Assembly: GCA_027483345.1 (NCBI GenBank)
Contig: JAIXUV010000080.1
Location: 1,679-65,678, forward strand
Direction of reading: 5' to 3'
DNA from: Verrucomicrobiales bacterium
Lineage (GTDB): Bacteria > Verrucomicrobiota > Verrucomicrobiia > Limisphaerales > UBA9464
Length of the DNA stretch: 64,000 nucleotides
Of the stretch, positions 27,616 through 36,800 are shown piece by piece. The translations under genes and the position numbers were made by a program. Position 1 is the first letter of the stretch, and each line of letters starts with the position of its first letter. Below the pieces are notes generated by a model. The model worked only from the letters and a program-made list of their open reading frames with translations, did no database searches and was not told the origin of the DNA.

Positions 27616-29142
27616 CTATGGATTAATGTCGCGAAGCAGCATAGAAAAAAGCGCGGATGCCGCCACACTGTCTGGCTCCAGTTTTGATTCATCCACAAAC
27701 TTTTTCATAGCAAGAGCCGGGTGAACCAGGTTTCTCCATTCCCTTAGTGTATGATTTGGCTCAGGATACGCGCCTTTTATCTTCAGTTTTCTTGCAACAT
27801 TAATGAGATTAAACAGGCTCCACGTCAGTGGATCGGTTTCAATCTCGCGACCAAAGTTCGCCTTCTTTGTCGTATCTGATTCAGCCTTCGCCGCGTTTAC
27901 GGCGGTTTGCAGTTGGCCGGGATTCACACTTAAATGAAGATCTATGAGTAGAGCCTCCATAGCGGAGCCGAATCCAGTCAAAGCAAGCCTATAACTCTCG
28001 TTGCTGTGTGCTTTCACTGCACCGCCGTATGCTGAGAAGCATATCTCTCTCAAGTCCGGATTCTTCATGAAGGCCAGCGCGGTCTTTTCAATTGCGAAGA
28101 CCGATACCTTGCTTGGAGCGACGGTTGCAGCAACTGGAGGTACGAGTTGTGGGCTGGCCTTTGCGACCTGTTGGTAGAGTGAGTTGCGGAATATGAGTTT
28201 TGCATCCTGGCGCTTTGCGAGCCCAATCACTTGCAGAAACGTGTAATCGCTGTCCGCCGGTGCCACGTCAGTCGATCCTTGCTGAACCATCTGCGCGACC
28301 TTTTGGACCAGATTAGTATTCCCAACTATTTTGCTAAATATGCCTTCCAGGTGGGAGCCAATTGAATGCGGAAGGTTCTTTAGCGCTTCCGCGAACGCGA
28401 TCTCAATGGGGAGTTCGCTCTTGCGAAGCGTCTCCTGGAATACAGTTTGAAGAAGGTATGGTTGGCCATTCAAAACATCATGCGCCGCTTTGACGTGGTC
28501 AACCACCGACGGATTAACGGATCTGGCCAACTCGATCGCCTGTTCCAGCGTTATGTCATCAGTGTAAACAGTTTGGCAGACGTTAAATGGTGAATTCCTC
28601 TCATCCACGAGCGTCTCCGGACGGAATGTTCCTGAAAAAACGAAACGAATACGGGACGCGATCGAGTCGGTACTGGCGTCAGCTCTTAAACTCGAGATCT
28701 GACGAATCTGTCCATAGAAGGAGTTTCGATACTGAGGGTTCTCAATACTCCCGGCTTCATCAATGATGATTGCGACCGGTGCTGCTGCTGGCGGGAATGC
28801 CGCTTCCAACCATGCAGCCACTTCGCCCCGATCTTCTATCCTCGGCCGCGGTATGGCCCTCCGGATGTTGCGACCAATTTGGTCGGTGAAGCAGCGTAGC
28901 AAGTCTTCAAATGCTGGACAGGGAGGAAGTCCCTGCAGGTCCACAAGGGCTGCTGTAAATCCGGCCTCCCGTAATCTATTGTTCAGGCGGACAAGACCGG
29001 AACTCTTTCCGTGTTGGCGAGGCCCGAGCAACAGCACCCATCGTCCAGCTGTAATCTCTCCGAAGACCTTTTGTTCGAAGCCCCTTGGAATATAAGCAGC
29101 TGAATCAAGCGGCACGGCTCCTTGGTTGTAGAAATCGCTCAT
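27616..29142 (-). CDS. STAND/AAA_35-like P-loop NTPase with a C-terminal HEPN-like domain
   Basis: Walker A LLGPRQHGKSSGL, Walker B VAIIIDEAGSI, NGQPYLLQTV helix. C-terminal LREWRNLVHP (Rx6H). Last gene of the PT operon, with a 4-nt overlap to the upstream gene. Confidence 0.6.
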   Translation of the reverse strand: MSDFYNQGAVPLDSAAYIPRGFEQKVFGEITAGRWVLLLGPRQHGKSSGLVRLNNRLREAGFTAALVDLQGLPPCPAFEDLLRCFTDQIGRNIRRAIPRPRIEDRGEVAAWLEAAFPPAAAPVAIIIDEAGSIENPQYRNSFYGQIRQISSLRADASTDSIASRIRFVFSGTFRPETLVDERNSPFNVCQTVYTDDITLEQAIELARSVNPSVVDHVKAAHDVLNGQPYLLQTVFQETLRKSELPIEIAFAEALKNLPHSIGSHLEGIFSKIVGNTNLVQKVAQMVQQGSTDVAPADSDYTFLQVIGLAKRQDAKLIFRNSLYQQVAKASPQLVPPVAATVAPSKVSVFAIEKTALAFMKNPDLREICFSAYGGAVKAHSNESYRLALTGFGSAMEALLIDLHLSVNPGQLQTAVNAAKAESDTTKKANFGREIETDPLTWSLFNLINVARKLKIKGAYPEPNHTLREWRNLVHPALAMKKFVDESKLEPDSVAASALFSMLLRDINP

Positions 29143-31769
29143 TTGAGTTTGATGATGTATTGCTCGATTAGCTTTTCCACTGAACCGTAGAACTTTACAG
29201 CGTCAAGAAACCATTCGAGCCTCAACTTGTATCCGGATGCGTTAGAATCAGTGATTCCATACAGCTCGATCATCCGAAGGCCAGCCATAATGTCTGAATC
29301 GGGGCGCGGAATCTCTTTCGATTGCAGGTATTCGCGACAGGACTCCAAGGTTGTTCTGCCTGTTGCGATCAGCATTGTGAGAAGTCGCTCCAATGACGTA
29401 GATTGGCCCCAATAGGTCTCGAGGTAGTGTTCGGCGTATGAATAAGTATCCGCAATTTCGAGGAGGTCGCCAGAAGTCACGGAAGCTCGTGATGCGGGCG
29501 ACCTTTCATTAAGGAGCCCGACGAGACGATCGCCAAGTGTTTGCAATAATTGAGGGTGACCATTAGTCCGATTCCAAGCCACGGAGGCAAACTGATCTTT
29601 GTCGGCGATTGTAATCTGCATAGCCTGTAGGGGCTTCATAAGAAGCTGCTGTGCCGACGCTCGATCAATTTGTCGCAGCATGACGGGGGCGCAGAAATTC
29701 CAGTGGGGAGACTGAGGATCCCACACACGGCTTGAAATCATTCTTTCTCCCGAGAAAACAAATTGTGCTTCACCTTCTTGAGAGACAGTTCTACATGCTC
29801 TAAAGAATGCCTCTGGAACCTCTTCACTCGTGTGCTGTTTGTCCCAATCAAGCAGTTGATCAATTTCGTCAAGAAAGATGACCACTTTTGAACTCGTTGC
29901 TTTCTTAAGCTGCTTCACCAGATCAAACACATTTGCAGGACGAAATTGGTTGGTCGGCTTCACCTGCCAAGCCCTTTGAGCCATCGCAGCAAAATCAGTC
30001 CAATCGCGAACGGTCTGACAGTCGCCGAAGTAGGTCTCAAATCCGGCTTCGCGAAGCCTTGCGGCCGCATGTCGCATCAGAGACGTTTTTCCAATCTTGC
30101 GCCCGCCAAGGAGCGCAATGCTATTTGAAGCGAGCGTCGATACCATGTCGGCCTCTTCCTTTTCGCGACCGTAAAACATCCTTGTGGGCGTTACACTACT
30201 CACAACAAATGGACTGGCCTTCACCAGGTCCGATTGTTCGAGGGCTTGACGTGCCAATATTGCTAGCGGCGGCTCCTTAGATTGCGCAATGGTCAACAGG
30301 AGAGAGGCGTCGAGAACGATTACGCTGGATGTGAGAGATCTCTGCAAGAGCCTAAGTCCGGAAGCGGTTGAGACGTCAGGGGGCGTGGGACAAAGGAGGA
30401 CTGCGATTTTAGATTCAGGGTCTGTGGAAAGGGCGACGCCGGAGATTCTTTTGAATAAATCTGAATTCGCGACAAGCGAGGAAGCCGCGACCACAAGTCG
30501 TTTCGGCAATATATCGCCCCCATCTTTAAGACTCTCCACCGCATAGGTGATGCCATTGTGTTGAGCAATGACTGGCAAGCTGCCACCCGTAGCCATAAAG
30601 AAACACTCTATGGCCTTCTCCGATTGGAAGGCCTTGTTTAATCCGCTTGCCATAGTAACTAGTTCCTTCCTCCTCCAACCGAGGACGACTCCTGTTGGAT
30701 TTAGTGCCAAATCCAATTCTTTGTTCTCGTTCGCATAGGCGGCCAAGGCAATTCTGGCCTGATCGGGCTCATCGGGTAACTCCGTAGTTGAAATGCTTCC
30801 TTTCGAAGTGATTGCAGCGTGAATGAGTTCCTTCAAAGCCCGTCTTTTCCGAGTGGGTGGAGGCGCGGCCGCTAAGCGCAGCATTTCTTGCAGCAATTTT
30901 CCGGATGCGGCTTGTTGGAAGGTCATGCAGCTTGCCACACCAGACATTAGGCTTTGGAGAACAGAATCGCGCGCTCCGCGGACACCCCTACCATCAGCGA
31001 CAAGAATAAGGTTTAGACCATACTCCGCCAAATCTCGCTGCAAAGCTGGATATTCATTTGAGAGTTGAGTCTGCTGCCTTCCGCCGAGAGCTGTTTGAAA
31101 CAGGCTTGTGACTGCAATGCTTTGTCGCGAGCCCACAGCTAACACAGCCTCAACTTTGCCGCGGACGCCAGGAGCCCATTGAGCCTCGGGTTGGATTTCG
31201 ATGACTATATTGTGATTCTGATTGGCCTCAGCGATCGCTTGCTTTAGAACGCTCTGCAAACGTTCTTTAATTGTCGATCCCACACGATATCTTCGATGGC
31301 CTGCGTCCTGACTCAGAAGGGTTATTTTTACAAGGTCTTGAACACTCACTCCCGGTTTAACAATCCTCCCGAAACCCAAGTCAATCAGCAGGGAGGCAAT
31401 ATCTGAATAACGAGATGCCGGGGGTGGGCGGGTTGAATCTGGAAGTTCGCGTCCGTCGCCGAACCCGATTTCTCCCTGTGGAAGTGCCAAAAGAGCGACG
31501 GCCACTTGATACAGGTTTGAGTGTTCGCGGAGACCTTTTTCCAGCGCTTCCTTAGTAAGTACCGTTTCGGAAGTTAGTGATTGGAGAAAGCTTATCGCTC
31601 CTTGATAGCGGGACAAATTCCTTTCTATTTCGGGCCATCCGATATAAGTGCCGATGTCGAAAAGGTCGGGCGTTATCGACTTCCGCAGTTCCTCAATTTG
31701 TTGGGAATTGATCACACTATTTAGATTTGCGTTGAAATTAGGGTGCAGGCTTCGGTAACGCCCCGACAC
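29139..31769 (-). CDS. 876-aa protein: unknown ~530-aa N-terminal region plus a STAND-like P-loop NTPase (paralog of the 508-aa neighbour)
   Basis: Walker A LLGGRKIGKTSLMRH, Walker B VVIFLDEIDQLL, NGHPQLLQTL helix. The N-terminal half has no motif I recognise. 32-nt overlap with the cysteine desulfurase gene. Confidence 0.6.
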   Translation of the reverse strand: MSGRYRSLHPNFNANLNSVINSQQIEELRKSITPDLFDIGTYIGWPEIERNLSRYQGAISFLQSLTSETVLTKEALEKGLREHSNLYQVAVALLALPQGEIGFGDGRELPDSTRPPPASRYSDIASLLIDLGFGRIVKPGVSVQDLVKITLLSQDAGHRRYRVGSTIKERLQSVLKQAIAEANQNHNIVIEIQPEAQWAPGVRGKVEAVLAVGSRQSIAVTSLFQTALGGRQQTQLSNEYPALQRDLAEYGLNLILVADGRGVRGARDSVLQSLMSGVASCMTFQQAASGKLLQEMLRLAAAPPPTRKRRALKELIHAAITSKGSISTTELPDEPDQARIALAAYANENKELDLALNPTGVVLGWRRKELVTMASGLNKAFQSEKAIECFFMATGGSLPVIAQHNGITYAVESLKDGGDILPKRLVVAASSLVANSDLFKRISGVALSTDPESKIAVLLCPTPPDVSTASGLRLLQRSLTSSVIVLDASLLLTIAQSKEPPLAILARQALEQSDLVKASPFVVSSVTPTRMFYGREKEEADMVSTLASNSIALLGGRKIGKTSLMRHAAARLREAGFETYFGDCQTVRDWTDFAAMAQRAWQVKPTNQFRPANVFDLVKQLKKATSSKVVIFLDEIDQLLDWDKQHTSEEVPEAFFRACRTVSQEGEAQFVFSGERMISSRVWDPQSPHWNFCAPVMLRQIDRASAQQLLMKPLQAMQITIADKDQFASVAWNRTNGHPQLLQTLGDRLVGLLNERSPASRASVTSGDLLEIADTYSYAEHYLETYWGQSTSLERLLTMLIATGRTTLESCREYLQSKEIPRPDSDIMAGLRMIELYGITDSNASGYKLRLEWFLDAVKFYGSVEKLIEQYIIKLK

Positions 31770-32898
31770 TTGCGATCGCCTTTCTCGGGAGCGTCTGAAG
31801 CGCCTGCAAAAGGCGCGAAATATCTTCAGCAGTTGAGAATCGCGACAAGCTAACTCTCAATGCACTCAGAGCTATTTCGTGAGCAACATGCATCGCCATT
31901 AGCGTCTTTGATGGGTGAATAGCACCTGAAGAACAAGCTGCACCTGTCCCCACGAGTATTCCGGCGGAGCCAAGAATATCAACAGCATCTCCGGCAACGA
32001 TGCCAGGCAGTGAAAAGAATGTAGTGTTTGGTAGACGCGGGGCCCGAACAGAATGGATAATCACATCCGGGAATATATCTATTAACCGTTGTTCGAACTC
32101 GTTTCGCAAACTCTGAATGTGCTCAGACATGTCTGCGCGGGCTTCGTGTGCTGCCTGGGCCAACCCCGCAAGTCCAGCGGTATTGAGTGTTCCTGGCCTA
32201 AGGCCTTGCTGTTGTCCTCCGCCTAGCATCATCGGGGCGATGTCGATTCCGGGGCGCACATAAATCCCTCCCACCCCCTTTGGTGCGTGACATTTATGAC
32301 CTGAGAATGAAAGCAGGTCAATATCGTGCCATTTACCCTGTAAATCTATGGCGTTCTTTCCTACCGCCTGGGTGGCATCTGTGTGGAAAAGCGCGGCTGG
32401 ACATCGCTCGCGGATGATTCGGCCAATTTCCTGAATTGGCTGAAGAACTCCTGTCTCGTTATTTGCGGCGATTACCGAAACGAAGAGTGTGTCGTCTCGC
32501 AGCGCATTGCTAAGAGCATCCAATCGGATAACACCATCTTGATCCACCGGCACTTCGATCAGGTCCAGACCACCTTTGGCTAACTCACGCGCAGGCTCGG
32601 TGATCGAGGGGTGTTCAATTGCCGAAATGATAACTCGCCCCGTTCCCTTCCCCCTGCAGGACGACATCAAGACCCAGTTGTTTGACTCTGTTGCGCCGGA
32701 CGTAAAAGCGAAGCAATTCGGCTCCTCGGCGTTCAATAAGTGTGCCAACGCTCTCGCGGCATCCACTCTTGGTTTGTCTGCTCCTGTAAATGGCGCGGAT
32801 GAGGCGTTGAAATAGCAATCCCCTAAATACGGCAAAACCGCATCAATTACCGTTTGTGACGGCCGAGTCGTAGCGTTGTTGTCGAGATAAATCAGCAT
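31738..32898 (-). CDS. class-V aminotransferase / cysteine desulfurase (SspA/DndA/IscS-like)
   Basis: MLIYLDNNATTRP start, PLP-lysine motif SFSGHKCHAPKG, 386 aa. Confidence 0.9.
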   Translation of the reverse strand: MLIYLDNNATTRPSQTVIDAVLPYLGDCYFNASSAPFTGADKPRVDAARALAHLLNAEEPNCFAFTSGATESNNWVLMSSCRGKGTGRVIISAIEHPSITEPARELAKGGLDLIEVPVDQDGVIRLDALSNALRDDTLFVSVIAANNETGVLQPIQEIGRIIRERCPAALFHTDATQAVGKNAIDLQGKWHDIDLLSFSGHKCHAPKGVGGIYVRPGIDIAPMMLGGGQQQGLRPGTLNTAGLAGLAQAAHEARADMSEHIQSLRNEFEQRLIDIFPDVIIHSVRAPRLPNTTFFSLPGIVAGDAVDILGSAGILVGTGAACSSGAIHPSKTLMAMHVAHEIALSALRVSLSRFSTAEDISRLLQALQTLPRKAIASVGALPKPAP

Positions 32899-32904
32899 GA
32901 CTTG

Positions 32905-33840
32905 TTATTCTCGAGCTGGGGCGAGGAACACTTGTTCCGTGTGCCATTTTGTGTAGTCAACCTTTGGCATGTAGCTATCCCGATTTGGTTTCAACAAAGG
33001 CTTTTTGTGGAAACGTCCAAGATTTTCCACGAACCCTTCCGATCCATACGCCTTCTCTGAAATCAATACACATCCCGCTTGATTAATTGTAAACGCCCCA
33101 CGGTCAAACAGCTTGTGGTGCAAAGAACATAGTGCAAGACCGTTTTCGCGAATGTCCGGTCCTGCTGCTTGATGCCATTTAATGTGAGCGGCTTCCAGTG
33201 CAATTGGAACATGTCCGATCCGAACATTAAATCCGCAAACGGCGCAGCGATACTCATAAGCAGACAAAACCATTTCCCTGAACTCCGGATCGCGGTTGTT
33301 GCTTCGTTGCATGCCACTTGGAATTACCAAGCCCAAGGAGAGCAGTATATCCTCATGCAATGTCTCCGGGAAATGAGATTGCAGCAGTGTGTCAATAACC
33401 TTCGCGCGCAATTCATCGTTCTGCCTTAGTTCATTGTAGACGTCTTCTTGAAATCCTCCCTGTGCTTTCGAGGAGAGGAGCGCGCGGCGTGAGGGATAAC
33501 CATTCCCGGGTCTCAGAGTCGACAATGCGGAACGGACTTCCCAGATGCCCTTCTCGCTTTGCAAGGCCCAAAACGGGTATTCCGGATGACATACTTTGCG
33601 TGGCGGGCCAAACTCCGTAAGCAGCCGACGAAGGGGATTCTGGATCTTGTCAAATGGAACTAGTCGCTGGTTCTCGGTGAAAAGCTCTGAGATTGCCAGC
33701 AGGCATAATAGAGGCTTGTGAGGGGCACGTTGGCCAGCTTTGCGCCAAACGGAAAGGGAGCGAAAGCGATGCGCAACATCTTCCTCTTTCAAGAGAGACG
33801 AAACTTCAAGGGTAGGACGTTGTCGCGCTTGGTTACGCAT
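32905..33840 (-). CDS. SBD-HNH endonuclease (ScoMcrA-type phosphorothioate-DNA-binding domain plus HNH)
   Basis: N-terminal RAPHKPLLCLLAISEL and HPEYPFWAL (Y-P-x-x-A sulfur-pocket motif). C-terminal HNH CAVCGF...LEAAHIKWH...NGLALCSLHHKLFD. Start set at the ATG at 33840, which overlaps the dptH-like stop (ATGCGTAA). Confidence 0.7.
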   Translation of the reverse strand: MRNQARQRPTLEVSSLLKEEDVAHRFRSLSVWRKAGQRAPHKPLLCLLAISELFTENQRLVPFDKIQNPLRRLLTEFGPPRKVCHPEYPFWALQSEKGIWEVRSALSTLRPGNGYPSRRALLSSKAQGGFQEDVYNELRQNDELRAKVIDTLLQSHFPETLHEDILLSLGLVIPSGMQRSNNRDPEFREMVLSAYEYRCAVCGFNVRIGHVPIALEAAHIKWHQAAGPDIRENGLALCSLHHKLFDRGAFTINQAGCVLISEKAYGSEGFVENLGRFHKKPLLKPNRDSYMPKVDYTKWHTEQVFLAPARE

Positions 33841-36800
33841 CGGTTTTGCTCGCGGGCCTTCCGTGTTGCAGACGTATGAGGCGCACAATCTGAGGAACCG
33901 TGGTTTCGATATCAATAAAGGGCACTTGGGCGAAGATCGGATCAGCCGCATCTCCCGTCTTGGCGAGCATGTGACCTCGTCCGAGCAACCTCTCCGCACC
34001 TGAGTTCTTGCTCCCCATGGCGATCTCCGCGGTTCCAGCATTATCGACCTTGAGGATTAGCCGGTTCCCGAGCTGGGAACGGAGTTGCATCGGCATCACG
34101 TCCTTGTCCGGTCTCTGGGCGGCGAATAGCAGAAAAATTCCGGCGGCTCGCGCCTTCACACTCAGGCGTCCGACGATGTTGGGTACCGAGTCTTTGTAGT
34201 CCTCGGTCTGCATCCAGTCAGCGAACTCGTCGTGGATGATCCAGAGTGTCGGCAGCGGCTTGCCAGTCGCGCGACGGTAGCCGTGGATGTTGGCGACTTT
34301 GGCCTGCTTGAAGAGTTCGTAGCGCGCATTCATCTCCTCGACTAGTCCTCCGAGGACCTGCACAGCCGTTGCGGGATCATCAATGATGCCACCTGAACCG
34401 ACTTCCACGTGTGGTAACTCGTCGAGCGGACGGTAATCCACACCATACTTCGGGTCGATGAGGTAAATATGCGCCTCCTCCGGTGAGCGGGTAGCGGCGA
34501 TGCTCAAGATGAGGTTTTGCATCAGCACGGATTTTCCGCTTCCCGTGATCCCCGCGATGAGAGTGTGGGGTTGGTTGAGCGGGTCCAGTAACAATGGTTT
34601 GCCATCCTCTTCGCGGATACCGACGCATAGCTTTTCGCCAAGCATACCCTCGCTGTAGCTACGAAGATAGGCGAGGAGCACGGGTTCTGTGTGCAGGACT
34701 TGCCGATTCGGACGCTCCACGGCGATGGAAACTCGTCCCGATTCGGGAGTGGTGTTGATGATCTTGATTCCATCAGACGTGTATATTTCATCCACGCGTG
34801 ACTCCACCGCTTGAACGGTGAGATCCTTTGATCCCTGCAACTTAATGATGCCGGCATTGGGGGTAAGAATCGGCGCCAGACCTTCGATAAGCTTGGCGGG
34901 AAGTCCTCGTGTGACTAACGCCTGCCGGAGTTGCACAGTAGTCGCCTCAAGCCATGACCGGCCTTCTTCTTCCGTGCTCTGAAACATCGCTGCGCGCGAT
35001 TCGAGCAAGGCAATCAGTGGTGCCGACGATGCACGGGCAGTGCTGCCATGCGTTGCGCTGGAATCGGCGACTTGCTTCTCAACCGAACCGGGGACTTGCA
35101 CACCTGACGCCGCGCTCGGAGGCGTGACTAGCGCGGGCGGTTCCGGGTTAAGCGCTGCACCGGATTCACCCTGCGTGTCATCGGGCGGATTCTTTTGTTC
35201 ACTCTTCTTTGACGGTGCCTTGCCCTCAGCCTTGCTGGCCAAGTGGTAGAGCTTTGATTTTCCGAACGCAGGATGGCCATTGCGCAGACGTAGCTCGGCG
35301 GTCGCCTTGTGGTTGGCGTCGTGATAGTGAATCAGGAGTTCGCGAACATGCCCTGGCCCGAAAGTCTCCTGAAGCGAATCGAGGCCAGCCCTTCCTTTTC
35401 CAGCTGGGATTCCCTTAACCGTGGAAACTTGCGCAGTGAGATCGTGCGGCTCGTTCACGAAGACATGGGAGTATCCCCAAATGCGGACGGTGCATTGACG
35501 CTGCCGGATCGCTCGACGCCAAGCAACGGTATCCAAGGGCGGCTGACCGGGCGCGACGACTGTTTGGGAAACAAGAAGGTCAGACAGTCGAGCCAGCCAG
35601 ATGTCTTGGTCGATGGTGCGAGCCTCCCCGTCCATCGCCTCGGTCAACTGAGAGAGTGTGTCCATCAGTTGCTTGGCCGAAGTGCTTGCCGCTCCACCTA
35701 GCGCGTCATGCGTGACGAACTTCGCCTCCGTCACCACAACGTCGAGGTGCTTGGAGCCGTCGGCATTCGTCTTCGGTGCGAGCACGAGCAGATCAGCGAT
35801 GTTAGCCCCTTCTTTCTTGCCTAGCCATTGGCTGTAATCGTCAAGAAAGCACCAAGCGATTGGTCGACCCGCGCCCAACTCCGATTGGACGAGGTAGCGA
35901 GAGAGCACCATGCCGAGTAGCTCGTTGGTGTTGTTCGCTCGGCGGGCTGCCTTGAGAACGAGGCCGCCAGAAATCTTGTTGGCATCCTCCATGAAATGCT
36001 TGCAGAGACGGTCGATGACATCCACAGGTGTATCCGAGGCCAACAACGCCTTAAGCTTCTCCTTGAGCGTGTTCACCAGCAGAGTCTCGCGGGCATCCGA
36101 GGAAATGATCAGGTTCCGTCCGTGCGTCGCGGACTGGACGTAGCGAATGACTTTAACGTGTTGTGCCTCCAAAAGCTTTCGGTCGAGCAGTTCGTCCTGA
36201 TTTACCACCCAATTCGCAAGTTCGTGTGTCTCCCGGAAAATGCGCTCAACCCTCTGATCGTCGAAGTCGAGACACCGCATGAGCACGGGACACTTGCCAA
36301 CCACCCATGCATCATCTGCGCCGGGCGCGCACAGGACTGCAAGGGAGTAGAGGTAAGCCCATCCGGTTTCCGTCTGAGCGGGGCAGGCGAGTTGGAGGCG
36401 GACTTTCCTATCGCCCTCACTCACCGGAAGGCGACGGCTCCATTGGTGAGGTTGGAGTTCTTGCGGAGTAGCGGTCTCCCTCGAGAGCCACTCCCAAACG
36501 GGTTTCGCCTCACGGGAAATCAAATCGCGGCAGTATGCAATATCAACCGGCTGCGAACGGCCTTCGCGGCGCAATCGGTTGGCCGCGGTGATGTTCACGC
36601 GGACCTTGGCGAGGAAATCACCGGAGGCTTCTGTCGGATCCGCCTCGGTATCCACGCCTCGCGCCACAAGATCGCGATAAATCTGCCGCAAGTGATCTTC
36701 ATCCCGATGCATGAGCAGCACCTGGCAGGTGATCTTGTCATCCTCCCGTTTCGCATTGATGCGGTTGATACTCTCGACTACCGCGGTCGGTAGATCTGGA

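Noticed and set aside
33841-34041. 67-aa extension of the SBD-HNH ORF overlapping the end of the dptH-like gene
   Set aside because: The extension lies inside the FtsK-like domain coding region in another frame. The ATG at 33840 gives a typical stop/start overlap.
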